DNA of 63,971 bases, the filler included, from Barthelona sp. PAP020 (taxonomy: Eukaryota): assembly GCA_040182905.1 (NCBI GenBank). It is 5 parts of 5 records of this genome, joined end to end, with 100 filler letters (N's around TTAATTAATTAA, not from the genome) between each part and the next. Parts side by side here need not be neighbours in the genome. Positions count along the whole stretch, not along the records: positions 41,773 to 55,497 come from JARQWU010000316.1; 4 more parts are not named here. The stretch is one strand, 5' to 3'. Every line of letters begins with the position of its first letter. Position 1 is the stretch's first letter. Made by a program: the position numbers and the translations under genes. Of this stretch, positions 41,787 to 53,527 are shown one piece after another. Under the pieces are notes generated by a model. The model saw nothing but the letters and a program-made list of their open reading frames with translations. It did not search any database and had not been told where the DNA came from.

Positions 41787-44700
41787 TTGAAAAAGAATCC
41801 CAGTAGAAACTATTTGTTAGATCCAACAAGTTTTGATGAATGTTATCAATACAAATTTAATCTTTCATCGTTGTCTGTTTTGCTCAGTTCAACTATGGCA
41901 TGTTTTGCTTTATTGTACTACATTGGTTTGGATTCCACAAAGAATTATTTAATTTTTGGATATGATTTCTTGTTGTTATTGCCTATTATAGTTTTTTCGT
42001 GTCATTTTGGTTATCTAGGATTATTTATTGGACCATTAATTTATTTATTGGCAATGTATTTGGAAGTTAATCTTTTTGGACAAATTTTAGGTATAATATT
42101 ATATGTTACTTTCCATTGGTTAATAATAAATGAGAAGAATGAGGAGGATTTTAAGTCAAATGATGGAACTTCGAATAGAAATGAAAATCTGAACAAAGCA
42201 GATGAAATTTTTGATTTAAAAATTACCATTGTCTGTGTTATATATTCTATTGTTGTAGCTATTGTTGAAATACTAGATAAAGGATTGAAAGAATCAAACA
42301 ATTGGGTTAACCTTGGAGTCATTGCATTCATGATATTGAATTTTGTTTTAAACAGGTTTTTGGTATTAGATATGAAATATTTATTATGTTGCTTATTTTT
42401 CGGGTTTTTAGAAATAGTTGGTATTATTGCCAGTGAAAATAATCCATATTTATTGATTATTGTTATTATCGGTTCAATAGGCCTTTATTTAAGTGGTGTT
42501 TTCCACACTAAATACTTTATTCATATTGTCATTGGGTTAGGGATATCATTAATTGCTTTTATCACTTATAGTTATTTTACTTTCATCTGTACTTTGGTTG
42601 GTTTAGGCAGTGGTTTGTTGTTATTACAGGAGCATTATGAATCTGAAAAATACAGTGGTTTTTCCATTATTTCTTGTGCTCAAATCTCTCAAGTATTGAT
42701 TGTTTTAGGTGTTGGACCAAGCCTTTTTGGTTTATTTGTCTCTCCTAGTTATGTTTTATTGTTTATTGGTGTATTTGCTCTTATTTTCTTACATTATTCT
42801 ATTCAAACTGAATGGGATATTATGGTAGCAATTGGAACCATTGTTACAATTCCGCTTGGGTTAATTATTGGAATGGCAATCGCTATATCTTCTAATGACA
42901 TTGTTGTAAGGTATTGGGGAGTTATCAACTTTATTTTTAGCATTGCATATACTTTATTGGTGCCTGTCTCAGAGTCATTTGTATCCAATATGTATTACAT
43001 TGCTTTATTGTTTATGCCTATTTGGAGATTACAAGATTTCAACAGTTCAATAATGGTGATAGTGTTATGGACTATATTTTCTCGAATTATTCCCAATTTC
43101 TTCATTTTTAAATCCTTTTTAAGTATGATTCAACCAACAGTTAAGTTTTTGTTGATTGCTGTTACATATTTGAGTTTGACAATTAGTTCTAACAATTTTT
43201 CTGGATCTTCTATCAGTTCGATCATTCTTGTTCTTGGAATTATGTTCTTTATTGTGACAAGTATTCAATTCTTTGCTGATGTTAAAAAGCATGCTTTGAC
43301 TTTCCATTATTGTTTCATTGAAATATTGTTTAAAACAGCTATTCTGTTTGCTTTTCAGACAATTGATGTATCTATCTCATGTTTTGGTTTGGGAATATTA
43401 TCCATGGTTAATGATAGCACAAATATTTTCTTCCATACTTTATTCTTATGTTTCTTCCCAACAGAAACATTGAATCAGAATATTATGATGGTTATATTGA
43501 TCGTCCTGTTGATTATACGCATCTATCAGCATCCTATTGGTTGTCGTTTGGAGTTTTGTTTGAAAGAAAAAATAGATGAGGATAATGACGAGGGAGGTGA
43601 TATTGGTTTGATTTTTGTTTGGTTATGTTCAGGATTATTAATACCCACAATGATTGTCACTTTAACGCATTCCAATCCCAATGTCGTAATCTGTTATGCA
43701 GCATTCCATTGTTGCATTGGAATTTCTTTGATGAGATTTCATTCAATGTGTAATGATAGTGATATGCATATTATTAGTAGAACAATTTATTTAATAGTTG
43801 GAAGTATCACATACTTTTTATTGATGGTTATTTCCAGTTCTGATATACAATTTAAAACAATAGCTACTGTTGGGTATTCAATGGGTGTATTTGGTGCAAC
43901 ATCTTTCAGGTTTTCAACATCACCTTGGCATGGTTTTTCATTTTGGTCAATCTGTTGTTTAAATATTATTTTTACCAAACAAAATGCTTTATATTTTAAC
44001 TTTCAAGCAATTCCTATGCTTATTGCTGTAATTTTATCAGTGACTATTGATTATGAAGATTATCATTCTGAACTTGACCAAAAATCTGTAGAAACTATGA
44101 GTTTTAAAGAGTATTTTAATTCTTTCTATTGTGGATATACTGATTTGAGCAAACTGTTGAAATTTAACTTCAATAGTTTTATCAGTGATGATGGTGACAG
44201 TACTTCTTATCAAATAATTACTACTGTCATTAGTTTTATTGTTCCCATTTGTTTATTTTCTTATCGTTTGTCAAAGAACTCTTCATTTTATGGAAGAATA
44301 ATTATGACTTGTTTTATTGGTATTACTGGTTTATCTTTTGGTTTTATTCCTTTGGTATTATCAATTGTCTTTGCTATATTCAGTTATTTTATCCCAACTT
44401 TATATTTATTCATTCTTTTGGCATCGCTATTTTTGATATATAGCGTTACAACCCAATTCCTTCTTCCTTCAGTATTTTTAGGAATAGTCACTTTGTTATT
44501 TGGTATTTCTGCTGATAATTCATTCTTAAGTCTTTACGCTATACTAATCTTCATTCCAATCATCATCATTTTCATTATCCGAAATGCATCTTCTGATGTG
44601 TTTTCTTCTTCCTTTTCTTCATTAACAATTGGTAGTGTAGGCATTGTTTTAGCCATTTTTGTCTCTGAATATATTTTTTTCTTGCTATTCGTTGTATTCT

Positions 44701-45245
44701 TGGAAATTCCTTATCTGTATTGGACAATTTTTACCGTAATTAAGGGATCAATAATTGGTTTTGTCTTCTCTTATACTTTTTATTTCCCTGTTCTTATGGT
44801 TATCTATCAATGTTTTGTAATCATTCCAATTGGTATCATTTGCAATTTTTATGATCATAGGTGTGCTTATCCCCTGTTTTTAATGTCCAGTTTAGGTGGA
44901 GGTGAGGAAATTATATATTCTTTGACTTCAATTGGTTATCAATATCAAGGAATTATTAAAGTGATTGTTTTTGCAGTGTGGGAACAGAATGAACTCCTTC
45001 TTTATGATAACACTCTTTTGGCTTTCATTTTTGATGCTATTTTGCTTGTTATTTGCAGAGTAACTAGTGTAATTTATGCTGAAGACAATGATAACGGTGC
45101 TCCAATGATAATAGCAATTGTATTTTCACTGCTTTATTTCGTATTCTTAACTATCTGGTATTACGCCCTCACTTGGCCAAAAGTTTTCTTGATCATTCCC
45201 ATTCTTCTTGCTGGTTTCGGTGCGAGGGTGATATGTGATAAATAA
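41787..45245 (+). CDS. Large polytopic membrane protein of unknown function
   Basis: 1152-codon ORF made almost entirely of hydrophobic segments. No family motif recognised. Begins at the contig edge, so start uncertain. Confidence 0.7.
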   Translation: MKKNPSRNYLLDPTSFDECYQYKFNLSSLSVLLSSTMACFALLYYIGLDSTKNYLIFGYDFLLLLPIIVFSCHFGYLGLFIGPLIYLLAMYLEVNLFGQILGIILYVTFHWLIINEKNEEDFKSNDGTSNRNENLNKADEIFDLKITIVCVIYSIVVAIVEILDKGLKESNNWVNLGVIAFMILNFVLNRFLVLDMKYLLCCLFFGFLEIVGIIASENNPYLLIIVIIGSIGLYLSGVFHTKYFIHIVIGLGISLIAFITYSYFTFICTLVGLGSGLLLLQEHYESEKYSGFSIISCAQISQVLIVLGVGPSLFGLFVSPSYVLLFIGVFALIFLHYSIQTEWDIMVAIGTIVTIPLGLIIGMAIAISSNDIVVRYWGVINFIFSIAYTLLVPVSESFVSNMYYIALLFMPIWRLQDFNSSIMVIVLWTIFSRIIPNFFIFKSFLSMIQPTVKFLLIAVTYLSLTISSNNFSGSSISSIILVLGIMFFIVTSIQFFADVKKHALTFHYCFIEILFKTAILFAFQTIDVSISCFGLGILSMVNDSTNIFFHTLFLCFFPTETLNQNIMMVILIVLLIIRIYQHPIGCRLEFCLKEKIDEDNDEGGDIGLIFVWLCSGLLIPTMIVTLTHSNPNVVICYAAFHCCIGISLMRFHSMCNDSDMHIISRTIYLIVGSITYFLLMVISSSDIQFKTIATVGYSMGVFGATSFRFSTSPWHGFSFWSICCLNIIFTKQNALYFNFQAIPMLIAVILSVTIDYEDYHSELDQKSVETMSFKEYFNSFYCGYTDLSKLLKFNFNSFISDDGDSTSYQIITTVISFIVPICLFSYRLSKNSSFYGRIIMTCFIGITGLSFGFIPLVLSIVFAIFSYFIPTLYLFILLASLFLIYSVTTQFLLPSVFLGIVTLLFGISADNSFLSLYAILIFIPIIIIFIIRNASSDVFSSSFSSLTIGSVGIVLAIFVSEYIFFLLFVVFLEIPYLYWTIFTVIKGSIIGFVFSYTFYFPVLMVIYQCFVIIPIGIICNFYDHRCAYPLFLMSSLGGGEEIIYSLTSIGYQYQGIIKVIVFAVWEQNELLLYDNTLLAFIFDAILLVICRVTSVIYAEDNDNGAPMIIAIVFSLLYFVFLTIWYYALTWPKVFLIIPILLAGFGARVICDK

Positions 45246-45585
45246 ATTCATTTTTTTAATTCATTTATTCATTTATTTGCGTTATTGATGATTTGAACAG
45301 TGTAATGAAAGAAAGATCTTTGATTTGACAAATATCTGCATTCAATCAATCTTCATCAGTCTTTCTTGTAACCTTATTTTCTCTTTGTAAAATATTTCTG
45401 TTTAGTTAATTTTTACCCTCCTTTTCTTTTGCTCAAATTTCTTTTGTTCAAGGAAATCGAAAGAAGAATCTTCAATTATGCCAACACTTAAAAATAATTT
45501 GCTTATCTTTTATTTAACCGAATACTTCAATAATTTGTGCAAGACAAAAAAAAAAAAAATCAAATCAAATTCCCTCATTTATCCC

Positions 45586-48378
45586 TTATTCATGACTTGG
45601 AAAGAATCTGAATACTGCAGGCATTAATGTGAAAGCACAAATAATTCCTGTTCCTATAACGAATAAAAACATCCAAAAGAAAGTTTGAAAAACCATAGCA
45701 TCAGAAAAACCCACTAAAGAGATTCCCAAGAATGTTGTGAAAGCCCCATTAAATACACTCATCCCAACACTACACAAGGAGTATTGCAATCTTTTAACTG
45801 CAGAAACTTTAGGATTGACTGAAGAAAAGGCATGCATTATATGAGCCTGATAATCAACACTCAAACCAACACTCAAAATAATAACTATGCTTGCAACAGG
45901 ATCTAATCGAGTACCTCCTGCAGAACTAGAAAGCATTCCTTTCAAAACCATCCAAAAAATCAAACAAGAATTGACAACAAAAACAAAAACTGTCAAAATC
46001 AATGCCAAAACAGGTTTTCCAACGAAAACAATTGTAAAAATAAAAATAGCAATTAAAGCTTGAGCAACTGTGCTAGTTGTGGAAGGAATTGCAATAAGAC
46101 TTTGGTCATAAAGCCCTAAAACGGTTGAAAACATAAAAGTTATAGAATCCTGGTAATTAGCATAATCTTTAAAAACGTCAGTCAATGAGGAAGTGCCGTC
46201 AATTAAATTCTGGTAGATTTCTATCTGTTTTTTCTTATTATTTACCATTTTAATGGTTTTAAATGTAATAACAGTGCTCTTAACTTTGTTATTCTTAATG
46301 TACATCCCATTTACATATTGAGAATTATAAATGGTGTAGAAATCAATCATTACTGAATGAGCACATGCTTCACTAGCAAAGTATAATGTAGTTGAATTCA
46401 TACAACTGGCGCGATTTGCTAATCCCCACAACCTAGCAGAATCAACAACCCAAGTATGACTAATGAATGAATATCTGCTATCATTGAGATATTGATAAGC
46501 AGTTGTATTCATCTTGTCAAACCATTCCTTTGACCATGTGTAATTGAAAGATACGAAAGAATATTCATCAGAAGAAGGTATGTAAGTGTTATGTGTCAAA
46601 GCAATCGCTGGTAATGATTCAGAAGGCAGTAACAGATATTCGGGTAGATCAGTTGGAATCTTGTCCATATTAAGGAATCCAAAAACAAGCATTCCAGTAA
46701 AAATAATAATAATAATAACGGAAACTACTGGTTTTGTGACAAATGGAACGTATTTTCTTCCTAAAAATCCAGAAATACCTGTTTCATGGGCAATACATTG
46801 ATCAACATATTCTTCACTCAATTCATGATCAAATTCATCATCTTCATCGTCATCAGCATTACCTATGGTTGATATTCTACCATCAACGGTTATTGTTTTC
46901 AATTCACGCACATTTATGGGTGTTCCTGTAGAAATTCGATTGTCAGAAAATGTTGAAGGCGTTTGCAAAGCAAAAGGTTCAGAAGGCGTTGCAATAGGAT
47001 TGGATTGAATCTCTACTTGTAAATTCAACATTTTCCCATCATCGTTGGATTCAACAACGTCATTTGTGACAACTTTTTTACAAGGAAGGAAAGAGGAGTA
47101 ATTAGACATCATGCGATAGTTATCCCAGTATAAAAAGATAACAAACATAGATACATGATAAAACCACACGAAAAACACACAAATTGAAGCAGACTTACAA
47201 AATTGGGAAATGGCATATATAGGACTCATTGTACCTAATAAAAATGCACAAGCATCAGTTACAGATGTCATTGTTACTGAAGGTAACACATGGTTAATAG
47301 AATGGGAAAAGTGCTTGGCTAACGCTTCTTTTGGATTCAAATATATATCTTTCTTTTTGGTTAGATATGACGTAGAGGAATCAACCAACAAGAATTGTTC
47401 ATCTAAAGAAAGTCCTAACAAAAGCAAAGGAACAATTTGAGAAATATACGTTTCAACAATATTCAAATAATAACTAAGTCCCAGACCAGTTACAATAGAA
47501 CAAGCCACCACAATGATACCTTGCAAAGACAAATAAATTCGGGATTGAGTTGGATGACAAAATTTACCCAAAAAGAATAATAAATAGGCAAACATCAATA
47601 TAAATGAATAAATAACTCTGTTAATATCATTGGCAAGCATGGACGTTAATTCACTCTGAAAAGCTACCATTGTCAAAACACCGAATTCAACATTACTCTT
47701 TTCAAATGTTTTGCCATAGGTATTTAATTCCAAAAAGAAGGGATAAGCATATGTACGATACGCTTTATTGACAGTTAGGGTTAATGATAAAGTATGGAAT
47801 TTTTTAATGTAATTATTCTCCATTTCTAAACCTCCAAACCCATCTAAACCAATCTTAACTCCACTTGCAGCTGTATTATTTACACATTTAGTAATGTTTT
47901 GCAAATAATTATTGTCATTCTGTAATTCTGTGACATTTTTATAACAAAAAAAAGGATCAATCATTACACAAGGCATAGAAGTGCCTAAACGTTGACAAAT
48001 ACTTGTATAATTAACTGTAGTGATAGGACCATTAAAATCTAACACCTTTTGTCTCATGTTATAAGCTTTTACTAAATTATCCTTTGAGTATAGTTCAGTG
48101 TTATGAAACGTTAATAAAATGAAATATGTGGAATTTGTTGAACGAAAAGCAACATCATAATATTTTTCATTGGCTGAAACTCCATATGAATTGGTCGGTA
48201 GCCATATGGAAGTACTTAAATTTTCCTGTTTTCTTGGAAACCCAGTTGCACAAAATGCTGTAAATGCAAATAAAGCAATTAAAGAAATAATTGGATATTT
48301 AATAAGAAAATTAACCCAATGCAAGCCTAATCTTGACCAACTTCGACTAACAAAATGTGCAAACTTTGTTTGAGCCAT
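45586..48378 (-). CDS. Patched/NPC1-like sterol-sensing-domain RND membrane protein
   Basis: LLLGLSLDEQF, PSVTMTSVTD..AF, second repeat SVGLSVDYQAHI, and VGMSVFNGAFTT. Confidence 0.9.
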   Translation of the reverse strand: MAQTKFAHFVSRSWSRLGLHWVNFLIKYPIISLIALFAFTAFCATGFPRKQENLSTSIWLPTNSYGVSANEKYYDVAFRSTNSTYFILLTFHNTELYSKDNLVKAYNMRQKVLDFNGPITTVNYTSICQRLGTSMPCVMIDPFFCYKNVTELQNDNNYLQNITKCVNNTAASGVKIGLDGFGGLEMENNYIKKFHTLSLTLTVNKAYRTYAYPFFLELNTYGKTFEKSNVEFGVLTMVAFQSELTSMLANDINRVIYSFILMFAYLLFFLGKFCHPTQSRIYLSLQGIIVVACSIVTGLGLSYYLNIVETYISQIVPLLLLGLSLDEQFLLVDSSTSYLTKKKDIYLNPKEALAKHFSHSINHVLPSVTMTSVTDACAFLLGTMSPIYAISQFCKSASICVFFVWFYHVSMFVIFLYWDNYRMMSNYSSFLPCKKVVTNDVVESNDDGKMLNLQVEIQSNPIATPSEPFALQTPSTFSDNRISTGTPINVRELKTITVDGRISTIGNADDDEDDEFDHELSEEYVDQCIAHETGISGFLGRKYVPFVTKPVVSVIIIIIFTGMLVFGFLNMDKIPTDLPEYLLLPSESLPAIALTHNTYIPSSDEYSFVSFNYTWSKEWFDKMNTTAYQYLNDSRYSFISHTWVVDSARLWGLANRASCMNSTTLYFASEACAHSVMIDFYTIYNSQYVNGMYIKNNKVKSTVITFKTIKMVNNKKKQIEIYQNLIDGTSSLTDVFKDYANYQDSITFMFSTVLGLYDQSLIAIPSTTSTVAQALIAIFIFTIVFVGKPVLALILTVFVFVVNSCLIFWMVLKGMLSSSAGGTRLDPVASIVIILSVGLSVDYQAHIMHAFSSVNPKVSAVKRLQYSLCSVGMSVFNGAFTTFLGISLVGFSDAMVFQTFFWMFLFVIGTGIICAFTLMPAVFRFFPSHE

Positions 48379-48641
48379 AAACCTTAAAATAGGAAAGTGG
48401 GGTTTGTGGGAAATCAAAAAGTCAACAGATTTTTTTTTTTATTTCAGATATTTGAGAAAACAATTATCTATTGTAGGCAAGAAAATGGGGAAAAAAAAAA
48501 TAGAGTGTAAAAAAGCTTTTTTATTCTTATTTGTGTGAATTCACTTTCAATCTTATTTATAAAAGAGAGTATGATAAATCATTATTGTTAAAAACAACAA
48601 ATGAAAAAACCTTTTGTTGTTGTTTATTCTTTGTTTTGACG

Positions 48642-49217
48642 ATGGATGAAGATGAAATCACAAGTTTTCGACAAACATTGAATAATGTGCAATATACAAA
48701 AGATTCTATTGACGATGCTGCATTAAATTTTTATTTTTTCAATTCAACCAATGAGATAATTAATATTTGGAAAAAGACAATTCTAAATCCAGAAATATCA
48801 GATGATCGTCGCATAACTTTGTTATACGTTGCCCAAAAAGTAATGATTTTAAGAGAAGAATATGAAGATGAAACATATTTGCTTCGATATTATGAAACGC
48901 TTCCAGAAGTTATTCCTCAAGTATATAAAATGATTAAAGCTGAAAAATATCGCAAAGTTGTAAGAGATATTGTTGTGAAATGGAGAAAAAATTATTCTTT
49001 TTTCACTCAATCATTTGGTTATTCACTTTTTCAACATATTAACAAGGATTCTTCATTATTTTTGAAATCACTTGCTTTAGAAACCTTATTAACACAACAT
49101 ATAATCGATGATGAACAAACTTTAGAGTGGGAGAATAGTTTCATTGAAACATTGGAGAATTTGGTCAACAAACATTCAACAATCTGTGAAAAACTTGAAA
49201 AACAACTGAAACAATGA
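48642..49217 (+). CDS. CTD-interacting domain (CID; RPRD/Rtt103-like) protein
   Basis: TKDSI...IINIWK...RRITLLYVAQKV...KVVRDIVVKW pattern. Confidence 0.6.
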   Translation: MDEDEITSFRQTLNNVQYTKDSIDDAALNFYFFNSTNEIINIWKKTILNPEISDDRRITLLYVAQKVMILREEYEDETYLLRYYETLPEVIPQVYKMIKAEKYRKVVRDIVVKWRKNYSFFTQSFGYSLFQHINKDSSLFLKSLALETLLTQHIIDDEQTLEWENSFIETLENLVNKHSTICEKLEKQLKQ

Positions 49218-49819
49218 ATATTTTTGTTTTTCAAATCTTGTTTCAGTTGATAGTCTGAACTGTACAGCATGTTTTATAAAAAATGTGGAGTTATTTTTTT
49301 TATAAATTCCTTGACAACAGGTCATGTTTTTAGGCAAAAGAATTTATTTAAAAACTGGTTTTGAAGTTTTGCAGATTTCTCAAAAATTATTAAATTTCTG
49401 ACAAAATCCAAAAGACAAGGATTTCTTTGAGGAAATTTAGTCGAAAGAGGCTCAAAAGTATCCTAAAATTTTCAATTCAGAAGAATGTAGATACCTTTAC
49501 TTTAATGTAATTCTGTCGGTCAAAGGAAAACAGAGAAAACACTTCAAAAACTAACACTTCCAAACTCACTCTTTAACATATAAACACTGTAGAAAATATT
49601 AACTTCAGTGAACAACATTTCGCTGAATAAGATGAAAACATTAAAAGAATTTTGAATTTGCAAAGTCTTGATAAACTTAAATGTGAAGTCCAAACAGTAT
49701 AATTGTGATACATAATAGCAGATAGTAGAAAGAACAAAGCACATTGTTGGAGGTTTTGTAGTGAATTCTTGAATTTGTACATTCCAACTACACTACTTTC
49801 CAACGCCAACCTACTACAC

Positions 49820-50290
49820 GTGAATCCAAACCCTTAAAGCGTTCAGTCAGCATGTGTAAATACTCGGTGATCTCCTTATATGTTGGCCTGACCGCATAAT
49901 CAACAGCCAAACACTTCTTGATAATTCCAAACCCAGATGTTTCATAAATGATTCTCTTGGATTTGTATTCAGCAACTCTTTGTCATAAGGAAGTTGACCA
50001 TTGATCAATTTATCTATGTCTTTCAGTTCGCTCAATCCATCAAAAGGAACAACCCAAAACACAACCTGAGACAACATAACAACAAATGCCCACAGATCTC
50101 CCCCAAGTCTCAACAAAATAGTGTTTGACTTAAGATATCTGTGCATAACACCTTTTTTATGGCAAAATTTAAGGGCAGACGAAACCTGTATCATGGTAAA
50201 CAACTTTTCCTTCAAAGACAATTCTTGAATATTATCTTCAAGAACAGCGTCACAACATTCTGTTACAACACCTTTCTTCTAGTCAACCTC
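49820..50290 (-). pseudogene. Decayed copy of the kinase domain of the neighbouring kinase-WD40 gene
   Basis: LSLKEKLFTMIQVSSALKFCHKKGVMHRYLK versus LSLKEKLVIMMQVSSALEFCHRKGVMHRDLK. The DFG-APE segment is deleted and RPTYKEITEYLHMLTERFKGL is frameshifted. Confidence 0.8.
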
Positions 50291-51361
50291 CGTGGCTCCA
50301 TGATTATCTTGATGTGGCACAAATGCTCTTGGATAATGGCGCTGATGTTAATTTGTAGAATAATAAAGTGTTTCTCCTTCGTGCATTAGTTGTCAACAAA
50401 GTCATCTTAATATTGCCAAAATGCTTCACAATTATCCCGAAATAAACCTTTATAGTGAAGATCTGCTGTTTTTTTTTTTTTTTGAATAAATTGTTCACAA
50501 GTTGTGAGGAATGAGAAACAATGAATACGGCATTTTGAGCTGTCCCAACTTTGAACAACAATTGGAGAGCAAGGAGCCTGTTGATTTGAAATTTTAGCAT
50601 TTTTCCAAAGCTGAGTTAATTGACTTGGTAAAGAATGAAGGTTATCTGCAAAATACTGAGACAGGAAACATAATCCCAAGTTTACACTTGCTTGTCACAA
50701 TTGAATTTCTCCAGTTCACTTTTTTCTCAAGGGAAAACGTTCCATAATTTTCCACAATGAAATTTCTCCTTTTCTTTTCTCAAAAAAGTTACATTATTTG
50801 ATCCCCACCCAAGAATTCGTTTGATATTTTTGAGATAATTGATCAAAGCCCTTGATCATCTGTTCTACTAATCCAAAAATGTCAAACTGGTCTTGAAAGA
50901 ACAAAAGACAACATAATTAAAAGTGAATTGGAGGTATTAACTCATTGGGATGGGATATAAAGCCTCTTTTTTATTTGACAATACCCCGATTTGACGGACT
51001 TTATGTTGTTGGAGGCTGTTGAATCAATTTGCCAATGCGAGATTTCATATCCACACACCTAGAAAAATTGGTTCAAATTAAAGGAGTTTTCATCCAAATG
51101 ATGAGAGACATCGCAAAAATAAGAGGACCAAAGGTTTGAGATGTCCAATTTTTCAAATCATTTAAGTGTTTTGGTTTCATTTCATTTATGGATGGTTGAT
51201 GTTGTTTTTACATTTGAAGTGACTCGCATGGTTAAAAAAACAGTTTGAAAATGTGTTAAATGAGGAAATGAAAATGAGTTTTAAATTTACAAGTGCAGAA
51301 CCTAAGAAGCGAGGTAAAACATGTAATCATGAGATGTAAAAGGAAAATGCAAGGTGGAGTT

Positions 51362-53527
51362 TTACAAGTCTGAAGCAATGAATTCTTGGATTGGGGCATT
51401 AATATTCCGACCATTGCTACCACTACACAACAAACGAGTTCCATCATGGTTGAGGGTCATAGCACGAATATTAAAACTCACACGCACTTCCTGCAACACT
51501 TGACCTGTTTCTCTTCGAATCACAGCAAATGATTTATCCTCAGAACTAGAATAGATCAATGAACCATCTTGGGAGAAGATGATTGAGTATATCCACCCAT
51601 CATGAACCTTATACTTTCCCAACAACTCTCTAGATTCAACATCAAATATCCTGACTGTGCCATTGGTATCACCTGTCGCCCAATAAGCACTATCAGGTGA
51701 GAAATTGCCTGACATGACCTCCTTTCCATCATGACTCCACCTGTAAAGCTCTTCATATGTCTCCAATGAAAACAACTTTGAACATCCATCATCGCTGATA
51801 GAAGCAAAGTACTTCATATCGGGGCTGATACGTACAGATTGAACATATTTTTCATGAGCTCGAGATTCATACAACTTCTGTCCTTCAACCGTGTATATGG
51901 CAATGTAACCATCATACATACCAAAAGAAAGCAAATTGCCATCCGATGAGAACCACACACATAGTACATGCCTTGTCATGCCGCTAATCACTCTTACTCT
52001 TCTCCAAGTATCAACCTCAATGATATGAATTGCTGGACCCATACCACCAACAGCCAAAAAGTTGGAGTCTGGACTGAAAGTGAGACCCACAGCTACAACA
52101 TAGTCCCCTTCAAGCACAATTTCATGTGTTTCAGCGCTGTAAACTCTGAGTAATTTACTATCATATCCTGCAACCGCAAAAAAGCGTCCATCAGGGCTGT
52201 AATCAAGGGAATAAACGTATTTATCAGGAAATTCCTCATTAAACCCAGGCCTTTCTTTAAATCTTTCGACTGTATGTACATTTTGCTTTCTGTTTTCAGT
52301 TGGTTGCTGTCCATGACTGTTGTTCATAAGTTCATTCAATTGGTTTGTCAAATGATCGACATGATTTGTTAATTTTTGCTTTTCATTCATCCAGTTTTTT
52401 TTTTTTTCCAAAAAATTGTCCACTTGGTTGACTAATTCTTTATTTTTATTCATCCATTTCTCTTTTTCTTCTTTCAACTCACCGTTTTCATCAGTCAATT
52501 CTTGAACCCTTTCCACATATCCCTTTCTTTCCAAAAGCCAACTGTTCTTTTCCTCTTCCAAAGTTGCAACTCTCTTCACCAACCTCTTCTCGTCGAATCC
52601 CAGCCCTTCGAAACGCTCAATCAACATCTGCAAATACTCAGTGATCTCACTGAACGTTGGCCTGGCAGCTGCCTCAACAGTCAAACACCTCTTGATGATT
52701 CCAAACCCAGGTATTGTATCCAATAATTCCTTGCTGTATGGAAGATGTCCTTTACCCAATTTAAAAATGACTTTCAACTCACTCAACCCTTCAAAAGGAA
52801 CAAAACCAGATACTACTTGAGCCAACATTACACCAAAAGACCAGGCATCAACAGCGATTCCTATTATATTATCCTCTTCATTGGCCAACTCAGGAGCAGC
52901 ATATCTTGCGGCACCCATCATGGAATTGGTGGAGCTCCTACCCGTATCACGAACAAGCCCAAAATCAGCGATGGCAGGCGTATACACCCCATCCACTCCA
53001 CGTCTCAACAAGACATTATTTGGTTTCAAATCCCTATGCATAACGCCTTTTCGATGACAAAACTCAAGCGCAGATGAAACCTGCATCATGATAACCAACT
53101 TCTCCTTCAAAGACAACTCTGGTATCATTTCCTCCAGGTCGGCATCACAATATTCCATAACAACAGCCTTTTTGCACTCAATCTCAGTAACTCCAAACAC
53201 CTGACGAATAAAAGGGTGATTTAAAACCATAGGAAAGCATTCTCTGGTAAGTTCAGCATTGGTGATTTTTTCAACTTTATCAACAAAGACTTTCAAAACT
53301 ACCATCTTTCCATGTCTTTTGGCAAGATGTAATAGCCCAAATCCACCTATTCTGAAGTTATTTTCAACTATTTCAAACTCACTTCCAGCTATATTGATGT
53401 CATTTGATTTCAAAAAATTATCCAATTTTTCAAAAGCATCTTCTTCTGGTTCTTTAACAATTTTTCTACGTTTCTTTGCACGTTGTTCTAGTTCGTGTGA
53501 CCCTTGATTTTCTTCGAAGGTGAACAT
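51362..53527 (-). CDS. Protein kinase (TKL-like), coiled coil, WD40 repeat protein
   Basis: GGFG, VVLK, HRDLKPNN, DFG and YAAPE, then a coiled coil and about 7 WD40 blades (FSPDG/FSPDS). Confidence 0.9.
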   Translation of the reverse strand: MFTFEENQGSHELEQRAKKRRKIVKEPEEDAFEKLDNFLKSNDINIAGSEFEIVENNFRIGGFGLLHLAKRHGKMVVLKVFVDKVEKITNAELTRECFPMVLNHPFIRQVFGVTEIECKKAVVMEYCDADLEEMIPELSLKEKLVIMMQVSSALEFCHRKGVMHRDLKPNNVLLRRGVDGVYTPAIADFGLVRDTGRSSTNSMMGAARYAAPELANEEDNIIGIAVDAWSFGVMLAQVVSGFVPFEGLSELKVIFKLGKGHLPYSKELLDTIPGFGIIKRCLTVEAAARPTFSEITEYLQMLIERFEGLGFDEKRLVKRVATLEEEKNSWLLERKGYVERVQELTDENGELKEEKEKWMNKNKELVNQVDNFLEKKKNWMNEKQKLTNHVDHLTNQLNELMNNSHGQQPTENRKQNVHTVERFKERPGFNEEFPDKYVYSLDYSPDGRFFAVAGYDSKLLRVYSAETHEIVLEGDYVVAVGLTFSPDSNFLAVGGMGPAIHIIEVDTWRRVRVISGMTRHVLCVWFSSDGNLLSFGMYDGYIAIYTVEGQKLYESRAHEKYVQSVRISPDMKYFASISDDGCSKLFSLETYEELYRWSHDGKEVMSGNFSPDSAYWATGDTNGTVRIFDVESRELLGKYKVHDGWIYSIIFSQDGSLIYSSSEDKSFAVIRRETGQVLQEVRVSFNIRAMTLNHDGTRLLCSGSNGRNINAPIQEFIASDL

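Noticed and set aside
49529..49540. ACAGAGA box suggestive of U6 snRNA
   Set aside because: Not followed by AGAUUAGC or the U6 internal stem-loop.
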